This document shows positions 9,721-19,794 of a stretch of 64,000 nt of DNA, piece after piece. Under the pieces are notes generated by a model, which was not told the DNA's origin, did no database searches, and saw only the letters and a program-made list of their open reading frames with translations. How positions within the stretch are numbered: position 1 is the first letter of the stretch; each line of letters opens with the position of its first letter. The stretch comes from Deltaproteobacteria bacterium (GTDB lineage Bacteria; Myxococcota_A; Polyangia; Polyangiales; Ga0077539): contig JACRDB010000064.1 in NCBI GenBank assembly GCA_016218725.1, forward strand, positions 898 to 64,897. The letters run 5' to 3'. Both the position numbers and the translations under genes were made by a program.

Positions 9721-11295
9721 TCAATGTCGGAAGTGACGGACGCCGGTGAACACCATGGCGACGCCGTGGTCGTCCGCGCACTGGATCACCTCCTGGTCTT
9801 TGACGCTCCCGCCGGGTTGTACAATGGCCCGGACGCCCGCGCGGGCCGCGAGCTCCACGCCGTCCGGGAAGGGGAAGAACGCGTCCGAGGCCAGCACGCT
9901 CCCGCGGGAGAGCTCCCCGGCCTTCTTGGCGGCGATCTCCACGGAGACCACCCGGGACATCTGCCCGGCGCCCACGCCCACGGTGCGGGCGCCCTCGTCC
10001 GTGCGGGCCGCAAGCACGATGGCGTTGGAGCGCGTGTGCTTGGCCACCACCCACGCGAAGGCCAGGGCCTCCAGGTCCTGCGCCGCCGGGTGCGTGCGCG
10101 TCACCACCCGCGCCCCCAGGGCCTCGGCGCGCCCGAGGGCGTCCCGCTCCTGCACCAGCATCCCGCCGGAGACGTGCTGGAGGATCCTCCCAGGGTGCTC
10201 CGGGGGGAGCATCTTCCCCACGGCCAGGAGCCGGAGGTTCTTCTTGGCATGAAGGGCCCTCAAGGCCCCCTCCTCGAAGGAAGGTGCGAGCACCACCTCC
10301 AGGAAGGTCTCCGTGAGCGCCCGGGCGGTGTCCTCGTCCACCGGGCGATTCAGCGCCACGATGCCCCCGAAGGCGCTCAACGGGTCCGCGTCGCGGGCGG
10401 TGCGGTAGGCGCCCACCAGCGTGCGGGCCAGGGCCACCCCGCAGGGGTTGGTGTGCTTGACGATCACCGCCGCCGGCTCGGAGAACTCCCGCACCGCCTC
10501 CAGCGCCGCGTCGGCGTCCACGAGGTTGTTGTAGCTGAGCTCCTTGCCCCCCGCGCCCACGCTCCGGGCCATGCCCAGGGAGCCCTCCTCGGCGCCGGGT
10601 TCAACGTAGAACGCCCCGCCCTGGTGGGGGTTCTCTCCGTATCTCAACGGATAGGCCAGCTCATAACTGACATGGAGGCTCCTCGGGTGGGCCTCCCGCA
10701 GGCCGTCCTCATCGAGGCTGGAGAGGTAGCCCGAAATCGCCCCGTCGTAGCGGGCCGTGTGGGCGAAGGCCTTGGCCGCCAGGTGGCAGCGGGTGCCGTG
10801 GGTGATGGCGCCGTGCTGGGCCAGCTCCTGGAGCACCCGGGGGTAGTCCCCGGGGTCCACCAGCACCGCCACGCGGCCGTGGTTCTTGGCCGCGGCGCGC
10901 ACCATCGCGGGGCCGCCCACGTCGATCTTCTCGACCAACTCCTCGTGGCTGGCGCCGGCGCGGCGGAGCGTCTCCTCGAAGGGGTAGAGGTTCACCACCA
11001 CGAGGTCGATGGGCGCCCCGCCCAGGGCCGCGAGCGCCGCCCGGTCATCGCCGCGCTCTCGCATGAGGATGCCGCCGTGGACGCGGGGGTGCAGGGTCTT
11101 CACCCGCCCGTCCATCACCTCCGGGGAGCCCGTGTAGGCGCTCACGTCCGTTACCGGCAGCCCCGCGTCCCGCAGCGCGCGGGCGGTGCCGCCGGTGGAC
11201 AGGATCTCCGCCCCGCGGGCCACCAGGGCCTGCACGAAGGGCACCAGCTCACGCTTGTCGCTTACGGACACCAACGCGCGACGGATCGCCGTCAT
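9721..11295 (-). CDS. purH: Bifunctional AICAR transformylase/IMP cyclohydrolase
   Basis: RRALVSVSDK, GRVKTLHP, IDVGGPAMVRAAAKNH, LRYGENPHQ, KHTNPCG, SDAFFPFPDG; ends RHFRH. Confidence 0.98.
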   Translation of the reverse strand: MTAIRRALVSVSDKRELVPFVQALVARGAEILSTGGTARALRDAGLPVTDVSAYTGSPEVMDGRVKTLHPRVHGGILMRERGDDRAALAALGGAPIDLVVVNLYPFEETLRRAGASHEELVEKIDVGGPAMVRAAAKNHGRVAVLVDPGDYPRVLQELAQHGAITHGTRCHLAAKAFAHTARYDGAISGYLSSLDEDGLREAHPRSLHVSYELAYPLRYGENPHQGGAFYVEPGAEEGSLGMARSVGAGGKELSYNNLVDADAALEAVREFSEPAAVIVKHTNPCGVALARTLVGAYRTARDADPLSAFGGIVALNRPVDEDTARALTETFLEVVLAPSFEEGALRALHAKKNLRLLAVGKMLPPEHPGRILQHVSGGMLVQERDALGRAEALGARVVTRTHPAAQDLEALAFAWVVAKHTRSNAIVLAARTDEGARTVGVGAGQMSRVVSVEIAAKKAGELSRGSVLASDAFFPFPDGVELAARAGVRAIVQPGGSVKDQEVIQCADDHGVAMVFTGVRHFRH

Positions 11296-11312
11296 CAGAT
11301 ACTCCAGGTGGG

Positions 11313-11903
<591 letters not shown>

Positions 11904-12308
11904 CACTCACTCCTCCAGTCGTTGCCGCGTACGTTGTCGATTGAAGACCTGCACCCCGCGCCGTGACGCAGGGAGAAGAATGCGCGCCAGGGCCGTTTCG
12001 CCACGGCCCCTTTGGAGGCGCTCCCGCCCGGAGCGCCTACGCCGTCGAGACCCCCGCCGCCCGGCCAGAAGGTCCGGTCCCGAGGGCCCCGACGAGCACC
12101 TTGTGCCGTCGAGCCTTGCGCCGCCTGGCGGCCTCGGTCCCTATGCTCCTGTCCCTTTGCATCGCCCCTTCCGCTCCAGTGCCTGCTTGAGGGTGTCGCC
12201 GAGGCCACACCCCACCCTTGGAGGTATGAGCCCCACGCCCACGCTTATGGAAGTCCCCTGACCGACGGTCGCCCGGTTTGACCCCTCAGGGTCGCTGGGT
12301 GAGGCGAT

Positions 12309-12358
12309 TCATTCGCTGGAATGCAACCACCTGTCAAGGAACCGACACGCAACCACCT
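12309..12358 (-). promoter_or_regulatory. Possible sigma-70 -35 box overlapped by a 10-bp direct repeat
   Basis: TTGACA on the minus strand at 12337-12332. GCAACCACCT occurs at 12323-12332 and 12349-12358. The -10 match is poor. Confidence 0.25.
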
Positions 12359-12677
12359 CGCGGGCACCGTGGGAGCGGGTCCCGCGTGGTGTGACCCCTT
12401 CCTGCGCCCGATCGGGTACCGGCCGCAAGTCGATTTCTTCACCGGGGGTGTTGATGGCCTGGGGATCCGCGCGAGAGCTCCGGCGCGAAATGCGCGCTCT
12501 GGCAACACTCCCCGCGTCGGGGCAGGGTGCGCGACGGCGCCTTCGCGCGGCGTCGCACGGGTATCGCGGCGACGGACAAACTACGTCCCTCTGCATCCGG
12601 TCGGAATCGCACACGAATCACCCCCCCGGGTGTCCTCCAAAAGATCGACCAGAAAGCGCACGGGACTGAACACAGGG

Positions 12678-14126
12678 CTACCCTCCCGGGGCGGCCCTTG
12701 CACCCCGCGCGGGGTTGTGCATCGGCGCTGCCCCGGGCCTCTGGCAGGGCCCCGAAATCGCGCAACGGCCTTGTACGACGGGCCTTGTGACGACGCACCG
12801 CGTGCCCGCGAGGGACACGTCCGCGGTCGGGTCCAGGGCGAAGGGCCCGGGGGCGCCGCCGGGGTGGTCCCCCGCGAGGAGGAGCGCGTAGCCGTCGGGA
12901 GGCCCTGCCACAAAGCGCAGGTGCGTCATCGTCGGCATGCGCGGCAGCGCGTCCAGGGCCACCAGGGCCCGCGGCGAGGCGCCGTCGGAGGCGTCCGGGC
13001 AGACGCGCCAGCGCATCGCGGGATCCGTTGCGGCGCCGACGATTTCAACGTGGGTGAGCCACGTGCGAGAGGGGTCCACGTGGGCCCCGAGGTACACCCC
13101 GCCCCAGGACTCCGCCCGGCTCCCCTCGGCGGGCTCGAGGCGAACGGGCACGCCTGCGGCGCCCTCCGCGACGAGGTCCCCGGGCGCGTCCCAGCCCACG
13201 TCGAGCTCGGCCCCGGGCTCGAAGGCCACGGTCACGCCCGCTTCCAATCGGAGCGTCGGGCGCGCGGGGCCCTGCACCATCAGGTGCGTGGCGGCGAGCA
13301 CGCGATAGCGCAGCCCCCGCCAGGGCCAGCGCGCGTCCGCGGTGAGCTCTCGGCGCCGGGCGGCCACGCACAGGTCGTCCCGGCGATTGCCGTGATACTC
13401 CCCCGGAGGGAGCGAGGCCACCGCGTCGGCGTCGGAGAAATACACCGCCCCGTCGCCCTGGGCGCCGTGGACCTGGAGCCCCCGGGAGCGTGGGTCGAAG
13501 CGAGCCCCGTCGGTGAGGGCGACGCCGTAGCCCCGCGAGCGGGCGACCTCGAGGTGCTCGACCCACAGCGGGCGGCGCATGCGCACCCTCAGGGCCGAGA
13601 CCACCTCGTCCACGAGCTCCGGCGCGGCGCCCGCGCCTTCGAGCTTGACGTACACGAGCCGCGTGTCGTCCCGGGCCTCGGGCTCGAGGTCCAGCCCGAG
13701 CCATGCGGAGTCCGGTCCGTCCGAGAGGGGCTCGAAGCGCACCGGGGACGCCTCGGTCCCGAGGACCACAAGGGCGCTCCGGGCCCTCACGGTGATGCCC
13801 TTGCGTGGGCCCACGCGCACCAGCGCGCAGGGATCGATGGTGAGCGTCGCCCCCGCCGCCACCCTCAGGCCGTAGGGCACCCGGTGGGGACTGCCCTCCG
13901 CGGTCCAGCGCTCGTCCCGGTCCACGAGATCAATGTGCTCGGTCCCGAGGCCCAGAAGAGAGGCCGGAGCCCTCGCGGGGCAGCCCCGGGTGGGCTCCCG
14001 GGCCCTGCGCAGGACGCTCGTGCCCGCGTCGCCGTCGATCCACGGGGACGGAGGAGGGACAGCCCTGGAGGCGTCCTTCCGGCAGGACAGGCCGAGGAGT
14101 ACCAGCGAGAGAGCGCGGGGGTGCAT
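12678..14126 (-). CDS. Hypothetical lipoprotein, probably beta-helix/pectin-lyase-like fold
   Basis: Lipobox LLGLSC. Two internal repeats of the type LTIxPGxxVxF...AxPVRFEP...W. Confidence 0.7.
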   Translation of the reverse strand: MHPRALSLVLLGLSCRKDASRAVPPPSPWIDGDAGTSVLRRAREPTRGCPARAPASLLGLGTEHIDLVDRDERWTAEGSPHRVPYGLRVAAGATLTIDPCALVRVGPRKGITVRARSALVVLGTEASPVRFEPLSDGPDSAWLGLDLEPEARDDTRLVYVKLEGAGAAPELVDEVVSALRVRMRRPLWVEHLEVARSRGYGVALTDGARFDPRSRGLQVHGAQGDGAVYFSDADAVASLPPGEYHGNRRDDLCVAARRRELTADARWPWRGLRYRVLAATHLMVQGPARPTLRLEAGVTVAFEPGAELDVGWDAPGDLVAEGAAGVPVRLEPAEGSRAESWGGVYLGAHVDPSRTWLTHVEIVGAATDPAMRWRVCPDASDGASPRALVALDALPRMPTMTHLRFVAGPPDGYALLLAGDHPGGAPGPFALDPTADVSLAGTRCVVTRPVVQGRCAISGPCQRPGAAPMHNPARGARAAPGG

Positions 14127-14214
14127 CGGAGGCGCGAGGCCGAGCGTACCCTACGGAAACGATGTGCGCGGGCGGACTTGAAGGGCTCCCGCACCGGCTG
14201 CTACAGAGGATGCC

Positions 14215-15603
14215 ATGGCCCGAAGCGCTCCCGTCCTCGGATTTCTTGGTCTCTCCGCGGTCCTCGGGGCTTGCCCGAAGGAGCCGCTGCCCCCTCCCAT
14301 CCCCCCGGCGGATACGGGTATTCCCGTGGACCGCCCGGACGCGACCCCGGTGGATACCGCCCGGCCGGACACCACCCCACCGCCAGATACGGCGGTCCCG
14401 GACACCTCGGTCCCGCCGGATACGGCCCTCCCGCCGGACGGGGCGACGGAAGATGGCCCCGCGCCGGACGGGCCCCCGAGGCCCTTCTGGTGTGACTCGC
14501 CCGTGACCCCGGCCACGGAGGTCCGCGGGGCCACGGTGCCCGAGGGCTTCTGTGTGCGGCGCTTCGGGCGCATCCGGCACCCGAGGACCCTGGTGTTCTC
14601 CCCCGACGGGGACCTCTGGGTGGCCTCGCCGCAGATGGTGGGAGCCGGAGGCACGGGCCCGGGCATCGGGGCCATCGCGGTGATGCCCGACGACAACCGC
14701 GACGGCGTGGCCGAGGACACCGTGCGCTACGTGGACATCGCCCGGCGCGAGGAGCTGGACACGGTGCACGGGCTCCTCTTCGCCGACGGGCACCTCTATT
14801 ACACCGTGGCGGACCAGGTGCTCCGGGTCCCCTGGGCCCGTGGCGAGCGTCGGATGCCCATGACCGCGACGCCCTCGGTGGTGGCCATGCTCCCGGACGC
14901 CGAGCGCTGGACCCACGGCCTGGCCCGGCACCGGGACGGGACCATTCTGGTCTCCATGGGCATCTACGGCGCTACCTTCTGCCCGCTGCGGAACGTGCGC
15001 CAGGGGGCCATTCTGGCCATCGGCGGCGCCACCGGCGCCATGGGGCAGGTGTTCTCCCAGGGGTACCGCAACCCCATGTACCTGCGGTGCTACGGCTGGG
15101 GCGAGTGCTACGCCGCGGAGCTCACGGACGATGGCTGGTTCGGCCCCGGCCACGAGAAGATCGTCAATTTCCACCGCGGCGAGGACTACGGCTACCCCTG
15201 CTGCTACGACCGCGGGCGCGTCTCCCCCACCCCCCGGATGGGCACCGTGGGCTGTGACACCGTCACCGAGGGCATCCAGAACTACGACGTCGGCTTCACC
15301 CCCTTTGGTTTCGACTACGAGCCCGGGCGCTGGAGCGGGGCGTTTCAGAACGCTATCTTCGTGGGCCTCCACGGCCGCGTCGGGAGCTGGGAGGGCACTG
15401 GCATCCGTTGGTCTCCGGTGGATCCTTCCACACATCGCCCTACACGCCCCCCGGAGGTGTTCCTGGGTGGGTGGGGCGCGGGGACGCCGAACAACGGCCG
15501 GGTGGCGGACCTGATCTTTGCGCCCGACGGTCGGATGTTCTTCTCCGACGACCAGGACGGGGCGGTCTATTGGGTGGCGCCTCGCACGCTGCGCATGCCC
15601 TGA
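14215..15603 (+). CDS. Glucose/sorbosone dehydrogenase family beta-propeller lipoprotein
   Basis: Lipobox VLGAC and DT-rich linker. Motifs HPRTLVFSPDGDLWV, GYRNP, DYGYPCCY, GRVADLIFAPDGRMFFSDD. Confidence 0.8.
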   Translation: MARSAPVLGFLGLSAVLGACPKEPLPPPIPPADTGIPVDRPDATPVDTARPDTTPPPDTAVPDTSVPPDTALPPDGATEDGPAPDGPPRPFWCDSPVTPATEVRGATVPEGFCVRRFGRIRHPRTLVFSPDGDLWVASPQMVGAGGTGPGIGAIAVMPDDNRDGVAEDTVRYVDIARREELDTVHGLLFADGHLYYTVADQVLRVPWARGERRMPMTATPSVVAMLPDAERWTHGLARHRDGTILVSMGIYGATFCPLRNVRQGAILAIGGATGAMGQVFSQGYRNPMYLRCYGWGECYAAELTDDGWFGPGHEKIVNFHRGEDYGYPCCYDRGRVSPTPRMGTVGCDTVTEGIQNYDVGFTPFGFDYEPGRWSGAFQNAIFVGLHGRVGSWEGTGIRWSPVDPSTHRPTRPPEVFLGGWGAGTPNNGRVADLIFAPDGRMFFSDDQDGAVYWVAPRTLRMP

Positions 15604-15607
15604 GGGC

Positions 15608-15844
15608 TCAGCCCACCAGGGCGCTCCCCAGGGCGACGCTCCCGAGGGCCACGGCGAGGAAGGCCCTGCGCTGCCAGGGTACGAGCCGCGTGGCCACGCC
15701 CAGGAGCGCCGCGGGCGCCAGGAGCGCGACGGCGAGGCCCTCGAAGGCACCCCACCGGTGCCAGGCCAGCGCGCCGATGGTCAAGCGGGACAAGATGAAC
15801 AGAGCGTTGAAGGCCAGGGCAAAGGCCGCGACGCGCAGACCCAT
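15608..15844 (-). CDS. Small membrane protein (78 aa)
   Basis: C-terminal part of the 15608..16984 ORF, from the ATG at 15844 (MGLRVAAFALAFNALFIL...). About 3 hydrophobic segments; it fills the gap between genes. Confidence 0.55.
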   Translation of the reverse strand: MGLRVAAFALAFNALFILSRLTIGALAWHRWGAFEGLAVALLAPAALLGVATRLVPWQRRAFLAVALGSVALGSALVG

Positions 15845-15910
15845 GGGCCCGGTGGTTAGCACCCACGGGACGACCGCCCCAAGAATTGCGCTCGTGGTAG
15901 ACCCCCGGAA

Positions 15911-17200
15911 ATGATCCTCCGAGACCCGGTCCATGGGCTGGTGGCCTTCGAGCGCCCCGAGGAAGAGGTGGTGGTGGCGCTCCTGGACACCCCGGAGGTG
16001 CAGCGCCTGCGGCGGGTGAGGGCCCTGGGCGTCGCTTCCTTTGCCTTCCCGGGGGCCGAGCACTCGCGCTTCGCCCACGCGGTGGGGGCGGCGTTTGTGA
16101 TGGGGCGCTTCCTGGCGCGCTGCGGTCCCCTGGCCGAAGCCCTCGGGGTGCCCGCGCTCACCACCCGAGACCGCGAGGACGCCCTCGCCGCGGCGCTGAT
16201 CCACGACGTGGGCCACGGGCCCCTGTCGCACCTCTTCGAGGAGGTCTTCCCCGCGATGCCTGCCCACGAGGCGTGGACCAGCCGCGCGGTGCTGGACCCC
16301 TCCACGGGGATCCACCGGGTGCTCGCCGCGAAGGACCCGGGGATGCCCGGGCGCGTGGAGGGGCTCGTCCATGGTAGGCACCCGGTGAGCTTCCTCGCGA
16401 GGGCCGTGAGCGGGACCTTCGACGTGGACCGCTGCGACTACCTCCTGCGGGATTCCTACATGACCGGTACGCGCTACGGGCTCTATGACCTGGACTGGCT
16501 CCTGCGCTCGCTGGCCCTGGACCCCGAGGGGCGCCTCGCGGTGGACGGCACCAAGGGCCTGCCCGCCGTGGAGGGCTTCTTCCTCGCGCGGTTCTTCATG
16601 TACCAGCAGGTGTACTTCCACAAGGCCACGAGGTGCGGGGAGAGGCTGATCCGCGCGGTCTTCGCGCGCGTCGCGGACCTCGTCCGCGGGGGCTCGCCGC
16701 CGGCGGACACGCCCAGAGCACTGCGGAGCTTCGCCCGCGAGGAGGAGGTCTCCCTGGAGGACTACCTGCGTCTTGATGACCACACGCTCTGGCGCGCCGT
16801 CGAGGGCTGGAGCCACGCCAGGGACTCGGTGCTGGCGAGCCTCGCTCGCCGGGCTCTGACCCGTTCGCTCTTCAAGACCGCGTCCCTGGACGGGATGGAC
16901 CCCGCGGAGGACGCCGCGCTGACCCTGGAGCTCCAGGAGCTGGTGGCGGGGCGTGGCCTGGACCCGCGCTACCACGCGTTTCATGACCGCGCGGTGGTGC
17001 AGGCCTACGAGGCCCCGGAGGACCCCACCCAGGCCCTGAGGGTGCTAGACGCCAGGCACCCCCCAAGGCCCCTGGAGGAGGCCTCGTACCTCATCGGTCG
17101 CCTCGCGGGGGAGCCCTTTGTCCGAAGGCGGTTGATCTTTCCCGCGGAGGTGCGAGAAGGCGTGGAGGCTCTTCTCGAAGCCCGGAGACCCCGACGGTGA
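15911..17200 (+). CDS. HD-domain phosphohydrolase (YwfO/SAMHD1-like dNTPase family)
   Basis: RDPVHG, QRLRRVRALG, HSRFAH, IHDVGHGPLSH, DVDRCDYLLRD, MYQQVYFH. Confidence 0.9.
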   Translation: MILRDPVHGLVAFERPEEEVVVALLDTPEVQRLRRVRALGVASFAFPGAEHSRFAHAVGAAFVMGRFLARCGPLAEALGVPALTTRDREDALAAALIHDVGHGPLSHLFEEVFPAMPAHEAWTSRAVLDPSTGIHRVLAAKDPGMPGRVEGLVHGRHPVSFLARAVSGTFDVDRCDYLLRDSYMTGTRYGLYDLDWLLRSLALDPEGRLAVDGTKGLPAVEGFFLARFFMYQQVYFHKATRCGERLIRAVFARVADLVRGGSPPADTPRALRSFAREEEVSLEDYLRLDDHTLWRAVEGWSHARDSVLASLARRALTRSLFKTASLDGMDPAEDAALTLELQELVAGRGLDPRYHAFHDRAVVQAYEAPEDPTQALRVLDARHPPRPLEEASYLIGRLAGEPFVRRRLIFPAEVREGVEALLEARRPRR

Positions 17201-18237
17201 CCGCATACCGAAGACCGCTCTCGGCCGTGACCCTGGCGCTCCTTGGCGCGCTCGGCGTCCATCCCGCGGAGGCCCGCGGGGACGCCGTGGCCCTCTCCGT
17301 GGCCCCAAGCGGCGAGCCCTGGCGCTGGGACCTGACCCTCACCAACGAGGGCGCCTCGCCCGTGGAACTCCTCGCGGACCGCAGGCTCCTGTGGTTCGAC
17401 GTCCCGGCGCCGGCGCCTCTGGCGGGGCGACGGGCCCGCAGGCCGCGGCGACCCCTGGTGTGCGCCCACGAGGCCCGCCCTTCGAGCCAGGACGGCGTGG
17501 CGAGGGTGGTGCTCGCGCCCGGCGAGCGCTTCCGAGAGCGCGTGGACCTGCGGGACCTGTGCCGCTTCCGGGTGCCCCCGGCGGTGCTGCCGGCCTCCAC
17601 GGTGACCGTACACTACGGCTTCCCCGCGCTCCCACGCCCGGGTCGCCCGAGGCCCCCCTCGGCGCTGCGGTCCGTGGTGCTCGACCCGTCGGGGGCGCAG
17701 GTGTTCCCGGAGCTGGTGACCACGGCCACGGTGCCCGCGCTGCCCGCCGAGGCCCTCGGTCCCACCCCCCACGCCGTCGCCCTGCGCGCCCGAGGGAGCT
17801 CCGCCGCCCGAGGCGAGGGCCTGAGGCTCGTGGTGCGCCTGCACAACGGCACGGCCCTGCCGTTCCAGACCTTCTGGCGCACCACCCACTTCCACCTCCT
17901 GGTCACCGCCCCGGACGGAAGGGCCATCCCCTGCGAGGTGCTCTATCGCCAGAGCCCTGCGCTGCGGGAACTCCTGGTGCGTGTAGGTCCAGGTAGGACA
18001 CGATCCCTGGTGTTGACGCCCTGGAGCTACTGTCCCCGGGAGGCCTTTGACCAGGCGGGGGTGTACCTGGTGACTGCGCGCTTTGAGAACCGGGCCTCGG
18101 GGGAGGAGCTGGGGCTCCGGGGGGTGTTCACGGGGACGCTGGAGGCGCCCTCGGCGGCGCTGCGGGTGGTCCGGGGGGACGGGCGCTTCCGGCCGGCGCT
18201 GCCGCGTCTTGACGGTGGTGATGTACGGACGCCATGA
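17197..18237 (+). CDS. Secreted hypothetical protein
   Basis: GTGA overlap with the HD gene and a signal-peptide-like N-terminus. Confidence 0.7.
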   Translation: MTAYRRPLSAVTLALLGALGVHPAEARGDAVALSVAPSGEPWRWDLTLTNEGASPVELLADRRLLWFDVPAPAPLAGRRARRPRRPLVCAHEARPSSQDGVARVVLAPGERFRERVDLRDLCRFRVPPAVLPASTVTVHYGFPALPRPGRPRPPSALRSVVLDPSGAQVFPELVTTATVPALPAEALGPTPHAVALRARGSSAARGEGLRLVVRLHNGTALPFQTFWRTTHFHLLVTAPDGRAIPCEVLYRQSPALRELLVRVGPGRTRSLVLTPWSYCPREAFDQAGVYLVTARFENRASGEELGLRGVFTGTLEAPSAALRVVRGDGRFRPALPRLDGGDVRTP

Positions 18238-18267
18238 TGTTCGGGGAAGGGGTGCTGCAAGGAAGCC

Positions 18268-19620
18268 ATGGCGAAGATCCTGGTGGTGGATGACCTGCGC
18301 AACATGCGGGCCACGCTGGCCATCATGTTGCGGGGGAGCGGGCACGAGGTGGACGAGGCGGGGGACGGCGCCACGGCCATTCAGCTCTCGGAGACGGGGA
18401 CCTATGACCTGGTGCTGACGGACCTGAAGATGTCCGGGGCGGACGGGATTGATGTGCTCCGGAGGGTGCGCGAGGCCTCACCGCTGACGGAGGTCATCGT
18501 GATGACGGCCTACGGGACCATCGAGAGCGCGGTGGAGGCGATGCGCCTGGGGGCGTACGACTACATCCAGAAGCCCTTCACCGAGCAGGAGCTGCTGGTC
18601 AAGGCGCAGAAGGCGGTGGAGAAGCGGGCCCTCGGGGCGCGGGTGGCGCTCCTGGCGCAGGAGTTCCGGGACAAGTACCGCTTCGAGAACATCATCGGTC
18701 GGTCGCCGGGGATCCGGGAGGTCTTGTCGCGGATCGTGAAGATCGCGCCGACGGACGCCACGGTGCTGATCACCGGGGAGAGCGGCACGGGCAAGGAGCT
18801 GGTGGCCAAGGCGGTGCACGCCAACTCGCGCCGGGCGCAGCTTCCCTTCGTGACGGTGAACTGCGCGGCGCTCACGGAGACGCTGCTGGAGAGCGAGCTC
18901 TTCGGGCACGTCAAGGGCGCGTTCACGGGCGCCGTGGGCGCGCGCAAGGGGCTAATGGAGGAAGCCGACGGGGGGACCTTCTTCTTCGACGAGATCGCGG
19001 AGACCTCGCCGGCGTTCCAGGCGAAGCTCCTGCGGGCGCTGCAGGAGGGCGAGGTGCGCCGGGTGGGGGACAACCGCTCGATGAGGGTGAACATCCGGGT
19101 GGTGGCGGCCACGAACCAGGACCTGCACCGGGCCATCGCCGAGAAGCGCTTCCGCCAGGACCTGTACTACCGCTTGAACGTGGTGCGGTTCGTCTTGCCT
19201 CCCTTGCGAGAGCGCCGGGAGGACATCCCCTTCCTGGTGGAGTTCTTCCTCCAGAAGGTGTGCCGGAAGATGTCCATCCGGGCGCGCCTCGGGGACGGGG
19301 TGCAGGAGTACCTTGCGGCGTACGACTACCCGGGGAACATCCGTGAGCTCGAGAACATGATCGAGCAGGGCGTGGCGCTGGCCTCGCACTCCGGGGTGGT
19401 GCAGCTGGAGGACGTGGCCCCGCAGGACCTGCCGCTGGCCCCGGCGGAGCGGCCCAATGACCGCACCCTGGCGTCCAGCGTGGACGCGGCGGAGCGCGCG
19501 GCCATCGAGGTGGCGCTGCGCGAGCACGACGGCAACCGGGAGAAGGCGGCGGAGCTCCTGGGGCTGTCGCCCACGACGCTGTGGCGCAAGATGAAGCGCC
19601 TCAACCTCCAGTGGCCTTGA
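18268..19620 (+). CDS. NtrC-family sigma-54-dependent response regulator
   Basis: Receiver domain (ILVVDD, DLKM, MTAY). AAA+ domain with GESGTGKE, GAFTGA and FDEI. Fis-type HTH at the C-terminus. Confidence 0.96.
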   Translation: MAKILVVDDLRNMRATLAIMLRGSGHEVDEAGDGATAIQLSETGTYDLVLTDLKMSGADGIDVLRRVREASPLTEVIVMTAYGTIESAVEAMRLGAYDYIQKPFTEQELLVKAQKAVEKRALGARVALLAQEFRDKYRFENIIGRSPGIREVLSRIVKIAPTDATVLITGESGTGKELVAKAVHANSRRAQLPFVTVNCAALTETLLESELFGHVKGAFTGAVGARKGLMEEADGGTFFFDEIAETSPAFQAKLLRALQEGEVRRVGDNRSMRVNIRVVAATNQDLHRAIAEKRFRQDLYYRLNVVRFVLPPLRERREDIPFLVEFFLQKVCRKMSIRARLGDGVQEYLAAYDYPGNIRELENMIEQGVALASHSGVVQLEDVAPQDLPLAPAERPNDRTLASSVDAAERAAIEVALREHDGNREKAAELLGLSPTTLWRKMKRLNLQWP

Positions 19621-19779
19621 GAGGGTGTCCAAGTGGATTTTCCGGGCGTCTTGCTTCAGCTCCGCGTCGCCGGTCGGCGTCAGGCCGCCTCGCCGTGCCA
19701 CCAGCACGGCTTCGGCGACCTTCCTTGCCCGGCTCGCGGAGCTTTGCAAACGCCTCGGAAAATCCACTTAGACACCCTC
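19621..19779. mobile_element. 159-bp MITE-like element with terminal inverted repeats and a TGA target-site duplication
   Basis: Left end GAGGGTGTCCAAGTGGATTTTCCG matches the reverse complement of 19756-19779 (GAGGGTGTCTAAGTGGATTTTCCG) at 23/24 positions. TGA flanks both sides (19618-20, 19780-82). No ORF inside. Confidence 0.75.
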
Positions 19780-19794
19780 TGAGGTAGCTCTCCG

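Noticed and set aside
12037-12162. 41-codon minus-strand uORF ([21 protein letters not shown]...) in the long leader
   Set aside because: Many A/T-ending codons atypical of this genome and no recognisable motif, so there is no support for translation.
12181-12310. Possible 6S RNA (AGTCCCCTGA resembles a 6S segment)
   Set aside because: I could not build the long rod with a central bubble, and the usual zapA/ygfA context is absent.
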